Assembly: GCA_963718565.1 (NCBI GenBank)
Contig: OY970364.1
Coordinates: 2,176,001 to 2,240,000 of the forward strand
Reading direction: 5' to 3'
Source: an uncultured Verrucomicrobiae bacterium
GTDB lineage: Bacteria > Chlamydiota > Chlamydiia > Chlamydiales > Rhabdochlamydiaceae
DNA: 64,000 bases
Shown here piece after piece: positions 1 to 10,842 of this stretch. Every line of letters starts with the position of its first letter. Positions within the stretch are counted from its first letter, which is position 1. A program made the position numbers and the translations under genes. The notes beneath the pieces are model-generated. The model did not search any database. It worked only from the letters and a program-made list of their open reading frames with translations, and was not told where the DNA came from.

Positions 1-1
1 C

Positions 2-1423
2 GAAAATAAAATTTCAGTTTGCATTGATCATCTCAATCCAAGAGGTTGGGGAGTAGGCCAGTATGCTCCACATTCCTCTGCTCAACCGGGGAAAGTCGAG
101 GTCATCGGTGCTTTGCCCGGCGATGAACTCTCCGTCCGGTTATCGCGTAAGCGCCGGGGAAAATGGCGTGGCGATCTTTTCGATGTGCAACGGCCTTCTC
201 CCTTGCGGGTTCAGCCTCGCTGCGCACATGTTCCTCTTTGTGGAGGCTGCACGTGGCAGCAAATGGATTATCAAGCACAACTTAAAGAGAAAGAAAGAAG
301 GGTCCAGAAGGTATTTGCTGAGCTCATTCAGATCCATCATGCGGAATGCAGACCGATTCTTCCTTGCGAGGAGCCATGGCGGTATCGCAATAAAATGGAA
401 TTTTCTTTTTCCCAAAATCGCGCTGGGGAGCGGTTTTTAGGGCTGGTCATTGCGGGGAGTAAAGGGCATGTCCTCAATGTGAAAGAATGTCATCTTGTCT
501 CCTCATGGTTCACTCAGCTGTTAACCCAAGTCTATTCTTGGTGGGAACAGAGCGGCCTCACCGCTTATCGGATGAATGATACAGGTACATTGAGAACGCT
601 AATCCTTCGCGAAGGAAAAAGGACGGGAGATAAACTGATCATGCTTACTGTCTCGGGAAATCCTGCTTACGCTATCCCTAAATCCGATCTCAATCGGTTT
701 ATTGAGGCTGTAAAAGCGGTGATCCCTGAAAAAGAATGGCCGCGTTTAAGTATCTTTTTACGTATTCAGCAAATCCATAAAAAAATGCCGACACAGTTTT
801 TTGAAATGCATCTGTTTGGTCCTGACCATTTGGTGGAAAAAATGCATCTCTCCCTCGATACACCTGTTGAACTGTCTTTCAAGATCAGTCCCACTTCCTT
901 TTTCCAACCCAATACTTTTCAGGCGGAAAGACTTTATTCGGAAGCATTGAGAATGATTACTTTCCCAAAAAATCATGTTCTAGATCTCTATGCAGGAACT
1001 ACAACGTTAGGAATGGCGATGGCGGCCAGAGCAAAGAAGGTCACGGCAATTGAGCTCAATCCCCATGCCTGTTTTGATGCCGAAAGCAATAAAGCCCTTA
1101 ATCAGTTCACTCATTTAGAGATCTTGTGTGGAGATGTCGGAAAGAAACTGGGAGAGCTTCGGGCTCTCCCCGATTTTATTCCGCCCGACCTCATCGTTGT
1201 TGACCCTCCGCGCACAGGTCTAGATGTGACAGCCCTCAGCCATCTCAAAGCGCTACAAACAGAAGAGATCCTCTACATCTCTTGTAATCACGAGACACAA
1301 GCAGCCAACATTAGAGAGATGTGCACAATGGGCTATCGGCTCGCTTGCATTCAACCTGTGGATCAGTTTCCTCATACACCGCATATTGAAAATATTGCTT
1401 TACTTAAGCGAGATAACTCTTGA
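2..1423 (+). CDS. rlmD: 23S rRNA (uracil-C5)-methyltransferase, RlmD/TrmA family (5' end runs off the window)
   Basis: Frame is open from base 2; CxHxxxCGGC..Q Fe-S motif, SFFQPN, DLYAG, VDPPR, YISCN and DQFPHTPHIE motifs. Confidence 0.9.
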   Translation, partial: ENKISVCIDHLNPRGWGVGQYAPHSSAQPGKVEVIGALPGDELSVRLSRKRRGKWRGDLFDVQRPSPLRVQPRCAHVPLCGGCTWQQMDYQAQLKEKERRVQKVFAELIQIHHAECRPILPCEEPWRYRNKMEFSFSQNRAGERFLGLVIAGSKGHVLNVKECHLVSSWFTQLLTQVYSWWEQSGLTAYRMNDTGTLRTLILREGKRTGDKLIMLTVSGNPAYAIPKSDLNRFIEAVKAVIPEKEWPRLSIFLRIQQIHKKMPTQFFEMHLFGPDHLVEKMHLSLDTPVELSFKISPTSFFQPNTFQAERLYSEALRMITFPKNHVLDLYAGTTTLGMAMAARAKKVTAIELNPHACFDAESNKALNQFTHLEILCGDVGKKLGELRALPDFIPPDLIVVDPPRTGLDVTALSHLKALQTEEILYISCNHETQAANIREMCTMGYRLACIQPVDQFPHTPHIENIALLKRDNS

Positions 1424-1500
1424 TTTCACCTGCATTTTCGGGCAAGCTGGGGAGAGTTTTTCTTTTTAAACATTTTTTTCACTCCCTTAGGACGGTAAAC

Positions 1501-1905
1501 ATGAAAAAATTACTTTCTCTCCTCGCTAGCGGTGCATTCTTAATGACGGCATTCCCTCTTTTTGCACAAGATGGAGGCAGTGAAGCTGCACCCGGTGGCG
1601 GCGGAAGCATGGTCCAAACCTTGATCATGATTGCGATTGCTCTTGTATTCTTTTATTTTATTCTGTGGCGCCCTGAACAGAAACGGCGCAAACAGATGCA
1701 GCAAGTGCGCAGCTCGCTCAAAAAAGGCGACCGCATCACCGCCATGGGGATCATGGGAACTGTTGTGAAAGTTCAAGACAATACGGTGATTGTCTCTCTT
1801 TACGACGGTGCAAAAATGGAAATCCTCAAAGCAGCAATCACAGATGTTCAGGCTTCTGCTGAAGAGAAGGCAGAAAAGTCTGTTGAGGCAAGCGAAACGC
1901 GCTAA
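1501..1905 (+). CDS. yajC: Preprotein translocase subunit YajC
   Basis: FYFILWRPEQKRRK and LKKGDRITAMGIMG; ATG at 1501 preferred over TTG at 1420. Confidence 0.92.
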   Translation: MKKLLSLLASGAFLMTAFPLFAQDGGSEAAPGGGGSMVQTLIMIAIALVFFYFILWRPEQKRRKQMQQVRSSLKKGDRITAMGIMGTVVKVQDNTVIVSLYDGAKMEILKAAITDVQASAEEKAEKSVEASETR

Positions 1906-1926
1906 TGGAATCTTCTCGTCAGGAGT

Positions 1927-1956
1927 AAAAAAAGACCGGTTTATCCGGTCTGTTTT
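1927..1956. terminator. Probable bidirectional intrinsic terminator
   Basis: A7-GACCGG-TTTAT-CCGGTC-TGTTTT between convergent yajC and the 1941-3521 ORF. Confidence 0.55.
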
Positions 1957-3521
1957 ATTAGGTTTTTGTAAGCTTCCTGGAATGCTTCTTCCATCGCTTT
2001 AATTTCTTCTCGATAACGATGACGATGGTATTCCGCAATGCGGTCATTGGTCACACGATGGATAGCGATACTGCGCTCTTGATTTGTCACGCTTAACCTA
2101 TCGACGCCGGCAAATGCATGAGCTGGACCTCGATAGTCATCTCCTTTAGGTTGGATAAACTCCAACTGTGTATAAACGGCATTTTTGTCTTCTTCTGTGA
2201 GCTGCGTAAATCTTTTCATGAGCTCAGGAGGGGGGCATTTTCCCTCGACACTAGCGAAATCATTGGCAAGAGTATCAAGAAGGAAATGGCGAATCGCATG
2301 GGAGCGGACAAGATTCGTTGCGGAGATTGATCGTGGGGTTCCTTCAAAAAGCTTCTGCCCAATCGGCCAGGGTTCCGAGGCGTCCAGAGGGTCAACAAGG
2401 AGGTAGATTTGATAGTAAATAGCATTGCGAGTCGCTTCTGGCAATTTCATGAATATTGTTTTGAGGTCCTCAGGGAACTGAGTAGAGCCAAAAAAATCCG
2501 TTGCGGACAAACTTTGCGATAATTGAATGAATGTCTCGAAGTCCTCGGATGAGATTAAAGGGGTCAGCTTCGGAAGGGGCAACTTGAGCGCTTCATTTTC
2601 ATTGCTTAATGTTTTGACCTTGGGTTCCAAGTTGTTTTTTTGAATATTGGGCAACGCTAGCTCTTCAATCGATGCGCGTGCAGTTGTGGAAGCGTCATCA
2701 GTCACCGATTTGATGGGAGGCTGCTCAGGAAGAGTCTGTAACGACTTTTTGCGTGGTGGTTGAAGGGGAACAAAAGTATGTAAGGGTTTGCGTTTTTTTT
2801 GTCTGTACCCATCCAAGTGTTTTGTTAGAAGAGAGAACTCAAGCTTCCTGCATGCCCCTCTTTCAGTTTCTCGAGAATGAGAGCGTTTTTTAGGAGAAGC
2901 TGTTTGAATGCCTTCTTCTTGGAAAGAAGAAGACTCTCCGTCATCGCTTGAGGAGGTAGTAGAGCGTTCGACTGGCCTGTTCCTGAGGGGGGATGTTTGA
3001 GCGTGCCGTCTAGGCTGGTTGCGTTCGTGCTTTTCAGCCTTTTGATGAAAGAGTTCCTCTTGTCTTTCTCTACGTTCATACGCGGCTCTTCTAGGTCGGA
3101 GAAAACGGCTGCGGTCGCGAGGACGGCGCTCTTGTAAATGGTTTTGATAAATGCGATCGGCCTTGTTGAGAATGGTTTGATTGATATTTTTTACTTGACT
3201 CGCGCCCCTGGAGTTCTCTACATCGTCGAAATCAACTGTTTTGGGTTTCCCAATTTTGGAACCGTTTTTACTGATTTTTTGAACGGAGATATTGTGGTCC
3301 GTGATCCGAATTCGAACGTGAACGTGTTCATTGGGATTGGGTAGAAACCCTTTAAACTGATCTTGAAAAAATTTTTCAGATACAAGCTCATTAAGTTTTT
3401 TTGAGATCGATCCAGAAAGATTCGATTGATGCCTGAGACAAAGGCCGAGCTCACGAGAGTGGGTCTTCCCATTGTAAATATGAATATTCCTGATATCAGA
3501 TGCGCTGATTTTAGAAGACAT
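1941..3521 (-). CDS. Hypothetical protein, candidate secreted effector with a low-complexity middle and two C-terminal helical repeats
   Basis: 526-aa ORF; Ser-rich N-terminus, Arg/Ser-rich middle, repeated NA(I/V)YxQ...RSxAI unit; AT-rich upstream region. Confidence 0.7.
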   Translation of the reverse strand: MSSKISASDIRNIHIYNGKTHSRELGLCLRHQSNLSGSISKKLNELVSEKFFQDQFKGFLPNPNEHVHVRIRITDHNISVQKISKNGSKIGKPKTVDFDDVENSRGASQVKNINQTILNKADRIYQNHLQERRPRDRSRFLRPRRAAYERRERQEELFHQKAEKHERNQPRRHAQTSPLRNRPVERSTTSSSDDGESSSFQEEGIQTASPKKRSHSRETERGACRKLEFSLLTKHLDGYRQKKRKPLHTFVPLQPPRKKSLQTLPEQPPIKSVTDDASTTARASIEELALPNIQKNNLEPKVKTLSNENEALKLPLPKLTPLISSEDFETFIQLSQSLSATDFFGSTQFPEDLKTIFMKLPEATRNAIYYQIYLLVDPLDASEPWPIGQKLFEGTPRSISATNLVRSHAIRHFLLDTLANDFASVEGKCPPPELMKRFTQLTEEDKNAVYTQLEFIQPKGDDYRGPAHAFAGVDRLSVTNQERSIAIHRVTNDRIAEYHRHRYREEIKAMEEAFQEAYKNLIKQTG

Positions 3522-3696
3522 ATAATTGCCAGATTATTATTGATTATTTGCTTAAATTATAATGTATTAACGATAAATAATCAACTTTAGTAATTAACTG
3601 TTAGTTGATTTTTTGTTTTTAATTTTTTGTATATTTCATTAATTTTTTTAATATATAAAAAAGAGCTGCTAGTCGCAAAAAATCGCGCATGGTAGA

Positions 3697-5016
3697 GTGA
3701 ATATTTCCAAAGAAGAGGATCTGAATTCTCGAATGTGTGAAATTAATTTTTTCAAGAAAGCGTTCGCGCGTATTCATTTAAATTTTTTATTTGCGTTTTT
3801 CGTTGGATGTTTATCACTATCGATGCGTAGCGCAGCAGAAAATGCTCCTTCGGTGCTTTATCTCACGTGGATGCATGATCCCACAACGACAATGACAGTC
3901 CAATGGCATACCACCGATGAAGACAAAGTGTCCCAAGTGGCTTATCGGAAAAAAGGAGAGTCACAGTGGCAATTCAAGGAGGGCATTTATGGCGTGCTGC
4001 CCAAAACAAATCTTGTCGTTCACACGGTAGAATTGGACGAGTTGAGCCCAGGGGAAAAATATCAGTTTCGTCTTGTGGGAAAACGCGGCGTTTACAGTTT
4101 CAGCACTCTCCCTAAAACAGTTTCACAGCCTGTGCGATTTGTTGTTGGTGGGGATGCTTATTTTTACCTTTCGGTGTTGCGTAAAATGAACGAACAAATC
4201 GCCTCGAAAGATCCCGATTTTGTCGTTGTTGGAGGAGATATTGCCTATACCAATGGCCGCCGTGCAATCTTTAAAGGAAAGGGATGGGAAATCAAACGCT
4301 GGCGGACCTTTTTAAAAGAATGGAAAAAGCAGATGGTCACCTCGGATGGACGGATGATTCCTATGATTCCTGTCCTCGGCAATCACGATATTAAAGCATC
4401 CACATTGGTCCCGATGTCCCATCACTTTCTTTTTTACGAACTCTTTGCAACCCCTGAAAAAGAGGTTCCTTACCGTGTTCTTGATATGGGAGATTATTTG
4501 AGCCTTTTTTTACTCGATTCTGGCCATAGCTTTCATATTGAGGGCCAGCAAACGCAATGGCTCAGAAAAACACTCTCTGAACGGGAAAATATTCCTTATA
4601 AAATGGCCGCTTATCATATTGCAGCCTATCCTTCTGTCTACCCATTTGGAGGTCAATCTCCTGGAAAAATTCGGGCGCAATGGAATCCGCTTTTCGAACG
4701 GTATCATCTGAATGTCGCCTTTGAACATCATAATCATGCCTATAAGCGCACCCATCCGATGAAAGGAAATAAAATTGACCCGGATGGAGTGGTTTACATG
4801 GGGGATGGATCTTGGGGTGTAACGCCGAGAAAGCCGAAAAAATTATGGTATTTAGCAAGCACTGCACAAGCTAACGCGGTTTGCCTCATCACTTTAAGCA
4901 GCGAATTAGGCCTGATAGAAGCCATAAGCATCCAAGGTGAAATCCTAGATTCGGTCGCGACCTTTCCGACCCATTCGATGGTCGCTTGGCGTGAGGGGCG
5001 CCTTTTGGAGCATTGA
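3697..5016 (+). CDS. Secreted metallophosphoesterase (purple acid phosphatase-like, FN3 plus calcineurin-like domain); start uncertain
   Basis: YLTW..DPTTTMTVQW, GD, GGDIAY, LGNHD and EHHNHAY metal-binding motifs; hydrophobic N-terminal segment. Confidence 0.85.
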   Translation: MNISKEEDLNSRMCEINFFKKAFARIHLNFLFAFFVGCLSLSMRSAAENAPSVLYLTWMHDPTTTMTVQWHTTDEDKVSQVAYRKKGESQWQFKEGIYGVLPKTNLVVHTVELDELSPGEKYQFRLVGKRGVYSFSTLPKTVSQPVRFVVGGDAYFYLSVLRKMNEQIASKDPDFVVVGGDIAYTNGRRAIFKGKGWEIKRWRTFLKEWKKQMVTSDGRMIPMIPVLGNHDIKASTLVPMSHHFLFYELFATPEKEVPYRVLDMGDYLSLFLLDSGHSFHIEGQQTQWLRKTLSERENIPYKMAAYHIAAYPSVYPFGGQSPGKIRAQWNPLFERYHLNVAFEHHNHAYKRTHPMKGNKIDPDGVVYMGDGSWGVTPRKPKKLWYLASTAQANAVCLITLSSELGLIEAISIQGEILDSVATFPTHSMVAWREGRLLEH

Positions 5017-5403
5017 GAACATTTTATACCATTTGGTATTACTCGAAGATCGGGCGATCGGCATTGAAAAATGTCATTTTTGGTAGCATTTTTAGGGCAA
5101 GCATAATAAACTAAATTTTAATAAGTTAAAGAACATCGCGAGTAGATTTAAAGAAACTTTTGCTTAATCTTTGATACTCAGAGAGTTAGATATTATCATA
5201 TTTTTCCACAAATTTTTATCCTTATATCTTTGCTTTTCAGTGAATTAGATCCATAATTAAAGGTGTATTGCATTAATTAATTTTATGTGTTTTTTTATAA
5301 AAAATATACTATAATAGAAATTGTCAAAACAGTTGAATTAATAAATTGTATTTAGCATTAATTTGTAATTAATAATAAAATACAATTAAACAGTGAGCTT
5401 ATT

Positions 5404-6000
5404 ATGAATATTATCGGTAATTTCTTAACATGGTGGTATAAAGGAGATTCTTTAACCAAAGAGGTTATGGACACTATGGGTGGGATGCGAAATAACGGCG
5501 AATTCGACGCATGGGTAAAACAGAAGGAGTTGGTTAATGTGAAGGCCGGGCAGATATTTGATGCTAGTGAAAAACTCCAAAAAGCTTTGTGCAGAGATTC
5601 GATGATAAGTGCAATTAAATCTACGTTTGAACAAATTGCTCGGATAGAAGAAACTTTAGCGATTGCGGAGTTAATCATCGATAATGATGCAAAAACTTTT
5701 AAGCTAGATGATGTTCTTGTAAAGAGATTTGCCTCACAGCCTAGATTTAAGTGTCTCTCAGCAGATTCAGGCATCCGCTGTAATAAAATTTACTGTATTC
5801 TGTTAGAACGGCTAGAAATCGAAAAAATGCTTAAGAAAAATCACATCATTGTCACAGGTAAAGTTAAAATCAAAAACATCGTCGACACAGATAAAGCCAT
5901 TGCCAAAGGTGAAATAAGTGTATCGAAAGTAGTATGGACAAGTGACAGCAAGTTAAACCCAGTTGTAAAACGTTTACTGGAGCATATTGAAAAAAGAGCA
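5404..6000 (+). pseudogene. Hypothetical gene (paralog 1), 3'-truncated by IS256 insertion at 6001
   Basis: Shares WWYKGDSLT, DSMxSAIKST, RIxETLAIAELII and VVWTSDSxLN with paralog 2; similarity stops at IEKRA, where the IS256 end begins. Confidence 0.8.
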
Positions 6001-6352
6001 GGTTGTGTAACATTGTTTCTGTAAATTCAATTTTTCAAGAAAGTGTTTTGATAATTGAAAAAAAAGTTTGAGATCACATTCTCTTAAGTTTAGACAAACA
6101 AACAAAAGGAGAGGTTATGATCTCAAACAGCACATATGCCCCTGTAATCAACGCATTAGTGGAAGAACTCGGACAACAAGGCTTACACGGCCTCAGCGAA
6201 CTCTTGAGCAGGCTCTTCAATGAATTAATGAAGACCGAACGAGAGCAGGTTCTTCAAGCTGGTCCATATGAGCGGACAGAGGCTAGAAAAGGTTATGCTA
6301 ATGGTTTTAAAGATAAAACGGTACAGACTCGTTTTGGAAAATTAGAACTCCA
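6001..6352 (+). mobile_element. IS256-family element, left-end fragment (transposase fragment from 6117)
   Basis: Near-identical to 8569-8920; cut off by the IS3 element at 6353. Confidence 0.9.
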
Positions 6353-6511
6353 TAAAGTGGTTCCTTTTGTCTAGACCAAAAATCGAGAAATCTAAGCTAA
6401 TCTCCTCTGTTGTTTAATCTAACTCCCAGGGCCCTATACAAAAGCCCACGGGTTTGCAAAGGGCAGTCAGCCCTTTGCTGGGGTTCAAGGGGCAAAGCCC
6501 CTTTCTTTTTC

Positions 6512-7350
6512 TTATGTCCCATAATACACCTCTGCTGGGGTTCGATAATCGAGACCCTGATGGGGTCGCTTGTTGTTGTAAAACTCAAAGTACTTTTTCA
6601 GCCCCGATCGAACCTCTTTCATGCTCTCGTATCCTTTCGGGTAAATTTCTTCATACTTCACGCTTCTCCACAGCCTCTCAATAAACACGTTATCAAGAGC
6701 TCGACCCTTCCCGTCCATACTGATTTTAATCCCATTCTCTTCAAGTTTCCCGGTGAATTGACTACTCGTAAACTGCACACCTTGATCAGTATTAAATATC
6801 TCAGGTCTTTTTTGCCAAAGACTCCTTTGCAATGCCTCCATGCAAAATTCTGTATCAAGCAGATTTGAGAGCTCCCACTCAATCACGTACCGACTATACC
6901 AGTCTATGATTGCAAACAGATATCCGAATCCTTTTGTTAATGGAATGTAAGTGATGTCAGCTGCCCAAGCTTGATCGGAACGATCAACAATTAGGCCCCT
7001 CAGTAAATACGGGAACTTTTTATGCTGTTTATTCCCAGCGCTCAGGTTCGGCTTTGGATAGATCGCCTCTATCCCCATCACCTGCATCGCTGTTCGCACT
7101 TTTTTCTGTCCCACGACAAATCCTAGTTTTCTCATTGCCACTGTCATTCGACGCCTCCCATAATAGGGGGTTTCGAGGTACTGTTTGTCGATTGCGCACA
7201 TGAGTCGCAAGTCTTCTTCACCAGGCTGCTGTGGCTCGTAGTACAATCCAGATCGACATACTCCGAGGAGCTTACACTGTGCTCTTTGGGAAAATTTGAT
7301 ATCGTGAGGTTCAATGAGTGCCCGTTTTTCATTCAGGTCAAAGCCCCCAA
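6512..7350 (-). CDS. IS3 OrfB DDE transposase, reached by -1 frameshift from OrfA
   Basis: WAADITY, NTDQGVQF, DNVFIERLWRSVKYE, YNNKRPHQGL; frame is open back to the A9 run at 7351-7359. Confidence 0.9.
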
Positions 7351-7623
7351 TTTTTTTTTAAGCCACTCGTTCTCCATCTTGAGTCTTCCAATCTGTTCGA
7401 ACAGTTCGGCCTTTTCTTTGCCCTCTGCTGTATCCCTAGACCTCCTGGTCTTTACAAAAATCTGAGGTCCTGCCTCAATAAATTGTTTTTTCCATTCCGA
7501 CAGAACTACGGGATGTACCCCCAACTCGCCAGCGAGTTGGGTTGCTGTCTTCTCACCCTTGAGCACTTCTAGTACTACTTTGAGCTTGAACTCCGGTGAA
7601 TATTGTTTTTTTGTTTTGGCCAT
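7333..7623 (-). CDS. IS3 OrfA (HTH)
   Basis: KQYSPEFKLKVVLE...WKKQF...IGRLKMENEWLKKK. Confidence 0.9.
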   Translation of the reverse strand: MAKTKKQYSPEFKLKVVLEVLKGEKTATQLAGELGVHPVVLSEWKKQFIEAGPQIFVKTRRSRDTAEGKEKAELFEQIGRLKMENEWLKKKLGALT

Positions 7624-7688
7624 TTTGGCCTCCTCGCATTGGGAGGATATTAGCTTAGACAGTGGTCTAAATTTTGGGGACCATTATA

Positions 7689-8132
7689 CAATCTGCGAGG
7701 TGTAAGATTGGGCTAGCTTTTGAATCTCTTCTGGATAAGCGAATAACGATTGCGCACTTGTAAGAATATCTTCAATGCATTGAGCGAGAAGTGCATGCTG
7801 TTCTTCTGGGAGGTTGATTTCGGCTCCCATGTATAGAAGCGCGCGTTGGCGCGGGCCTCTATCAGTCCTCACGGATTCAACCAAGTGAAAAGCAGAGTAG
7901 GTTTTTCCGCTCTTACGGTCTGTCTTGAGGGCTTTCCTTATATACATGCCCTCAGATCTTACCGATGGATCGAATTTATTTAAACATGAAATAATTATTT
8001 TACAAATTTTCAGTCACTACAAATTCGCAAAAACAGCAAAGCACTAAAAATAAGGGACTTACGAAAGCAAAGGTTGATTTTAATGTTGTTGATTATGAGG
8101 GACTTAGGTCAGCTCTCTCGGGCGAACTTGGG
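7689..8132 (-). mobile_element. IS1634-family element, 5'-end fragment (transposase fragment 7689-7947)
   Basis: Near-identical to 12466-12909; ends in GCGAACTTGGG followed by TTAA. Confidence 0.88.
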
Positions 8133-8568
8133 TTAAGTAGCATTTTTCTGGAGTTTACTGGAGTTTGGAACCAATTTCACTCGCTGACGCTCGCGAAATC
8201 AGTCAAAACTCCAGGAGTTTAAAGAAATCAAACCTAAGTCTATGATATTCATGGAGTTATATGTCGTCATATTTTTTCCGCAAATTTTTGTCCTTATATC
8301 ATTACTTTTCAATGAATTAGCCTCCTATGACTAAAAAATGTTATTCTGAATTAATATTTATGTTTTTTTTATAAAAATATAGTATAATGATAATTATAAA
8401 AATTAAATTATTATAGTTAGATTAATAATAAAAACGCAATTAAGCAATGAGGTCATTATGATAATCATCAATAGTTTATTAGAATGGTGGTATAAAGGAG
8501 ATTCTTTAACCAGGGCTGTTATGGACACTATAGACAAGATGTCCGAAGACATGCGCAGCTCATTTTTA

Positions 8569-10055
8569 GGTAGTGTAACATTGTTTCTGTAAATTCAATT
8601 TTTCAAGAAAGTGTTTTGATAATTGAAAAAAAAGTTTGAGATCACATTCTCTTAAGTTTAGACAAACAAACAAAAGGAGAGGTTATGATCTCAAACAGCA
8701 CATATGCCCCTGTAATCAACGCATTAGTGGAAGAACTCGGACAACAAGGCTTACACGGCCTCAGCGAACTCTTGAGCAGGCTCTTCAATGAATTAATGAA
8801 GACCGAACGAGAGCAGGTTCTTCAAGCTGGTCCATATGAGCGGACAGAGGCTAGAAAAGGTTATGCTAATGGTTTTAAAGATAAAACGGTACAGACTCGT
8901 TTTGGAAAATTAGAACTCCAGGTTCCACAAACTCGAGAGATTGCATTCTACCCACAGTGCTTAGAGAAGGGAGAGCGATCAGAAAGGGCATTAAAATTGG
9001 CAATTGCAGAAATGTATGTTCAGGGTGTTTCAACGCGGCGAATAGCTCCAATTGCAAAAGAGCTGTGCGGCTTTGATTTGAGTTCAACCCAAGTTTCTCG
9101 GGTTGCAATGATTCTCGATGAGGAGCTTGAAAAATTCCGCAGGAGAAATTTAGGTCACATCGTTTATCTTTATCTCGATGCCGATTATCAAAAGGTGAGA
9201 CACGATGGACACGTCAGAGACATTGCAGTACTAAAAGCTGTTGGAGTGAACAAAGATGGATTTCGAGAAGTGCTTGGCATTTCATGCAGTTTATCTGAGG
9301 CCGAAGTGCATTGGAGGACATTCCTGGAAGACTTACTCTCTCGAGGATTAAGAGGAGTAGAAATGGTGATTAGCGATGATCACTCTGGGCTAAAAGCTGC
9401 ACTAAGGGCAGTGCTTCCATCGGTTCCTTGGCAGCGCTGTCTTTTTCATCTTGCTCAAAACGCTCAAAGCTATGTCCCAAACACGGCAATGCGAGGAGAA
9501 ATTGCACAAGCGGTACGAGATGTTTATCAAGCCTTGAATCAACAAGAGGCTGAAAAACGAGTTAAGGAAACAGTGCAAAGATATGAAAAAAGAGCGCCCA
9601 AATTTTGCAATTGGTTTGAAATCAATGCAATTGAGGCAATGACATTTTATCATCGGCCAAGAAGGCACTGGAAACAGATAAGGACTGTTAATATTGTTGA
9701 AAGGCTTAATGGAGAGATTAAGCGGCGAACAAGAGTAGCAAGATTATTTCCCAATGAAGCGTCTTGTGAAAGATTGGTCACTGCCGTGGTATCTGAGATA
9801 CACGATGAATGGATAAGCGGAAAGAGGTATTTGACGTTAGAATAAAATATTGAGGAAAACAACGCTAACACCGATGGAACACTTTTTGTTTAGGGGTGAA
9901 TTATCTGGCATAAAAAAGTGTCAGATTCGAAAAATTTTTCCTCAAAAGCAAAGTAAAAAGCCGAAGCGTCTCTGACGCGAGAGGCCGTTTTTATAGTAAG
10001 AAATTGACCTAAGTGAAGAAGATTTCAGATTTTACAGAAAAATTGTTGCTTGATC
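8569..10055 (+). mobile_element. IS256-family insertion sequence, complete
   Basis: Imperfect TIRs sharing AACA...TTTCTGTAAA; 8-bp TSD CATTTTTA at 8561-8568 and 10056-10063. Confidence 0.92.
8685..9845 (+). CDS. IS256-family transposase
   Basis: MYVQGVSTRRI, YLYLDA, VISDDHSGL, WQRCLFH and RTVNIVERLNGEIKRRT motifs. Confidence 0.95.
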   Translation: MISNSTYAPVINALVEELGQQGLHGLSELLSRLFNELMKTEREQVLQAGPYERTEARKGYANGFKDKTVQTRFGKLELQVPQTREIAFYPQCLEKGERSERALKLAIAEMYVQGVSTRRIAPIAKELCGFDLSSTQVSRVAMILDEELEKFRRRNLGHIVYLYLDADYQKVRHDGHVRDIAVLKAVGVNKDGFREVLGISCSLSEAEVHWRTFLEDLLSRGLRGVEMVISDDHSGLKAALRAVLPSVPWQRCLFHLAQNAQSYVPNTAMRGEIAQAVRDVYQALNQQEAEKRVKETVQRYEKRAPKFCNWFEINAIEAMTFYHRPRRHWKQIRTVNIVERLNGEIKRRTRVARLFPNEASCERLVTAVVSEIHDEWISGKRYLTLE

Positions 10056-10842
10056 CATTTTTAAGTAAGAAGACGCTTCTTGATGACAAAGCTGATCTGA
10101 TATTTAACAAAAATTTACAACTTCAAAAAGCTTCATACAAAGATTCGATGAAAAGTGCAATTAAATCTACGCTTAAAAGAGTTGCTCGGATAGATGAAAC
10201 TTTAGCGATTGCGGAATTAATCATCAGTGCCAATTCTTCTAAGCCAGAAAAGACGCCTGAAGAGCTTGCAAGCGAGTATGCCTTAAATTCTAGATTTAAC
10301 TGTCTCTCAGTAAATACAAAAATACGCTATAACAAAATATTCTATATTCTATCGAATCAGAAGGAAATTGAAAAAACGCTTAAAAAAAATTATATCATTG
10401 TCACAAATGGCAATGAATCGCGAGTAGTGTGGACAAGTGATAGCGAATTAAACTCGATTGTAAAACCTCTACTGAAAGACATTGAAAAAGGAGCGGCTCC
10501 GGTTCTGTTTGCATTATTTTCAGAAGTCCTGGAAAATGCCTATCCTTATTATCTTCTTAATCGGGCCGAATTTGATGATGATTATTTAGCAAAATACTTA
10601 TCCCTGCTCGACGTAAAAAAAGAGGATATTAAAACTTTAGATGAAATATTAATACAAGACGTAATGTATATCCTTTTAGGTAAATTTTCAGTTGATAATC
10701 AGAAGTTTCTTATCGAAGAGATAAAAGATTTTACCAAAAGAATCGCAATCGACAATCGATGCAATTTCAGAAAAAATATAAGCAACTGGAAAAAAATAAC
10801 TGATCAGTCTAATTTAACTGAGAAAAAAAAGAAAATAATTAA

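Larger units (their letters stand above)
6353..7688 (-). mobile_element. IS3-family insertion sequence, apparently intact
   Basis: 26-bp imperfect TIRs (TAAAGTGGTTCCTTTTGTCTAGACCA / TATAATGGTCCCCAAAATTTAGACCA); orfA plus orfB; no matching TSD. Confidence 0.9.

Noticed and set aside
8146..8216. Weak palindrome family AATTTC(A/G)CTC..TCGCGAAA (also near 23788 and 24496)
   Set aside because: Too short and degenerate to define ends or a TSD by eye
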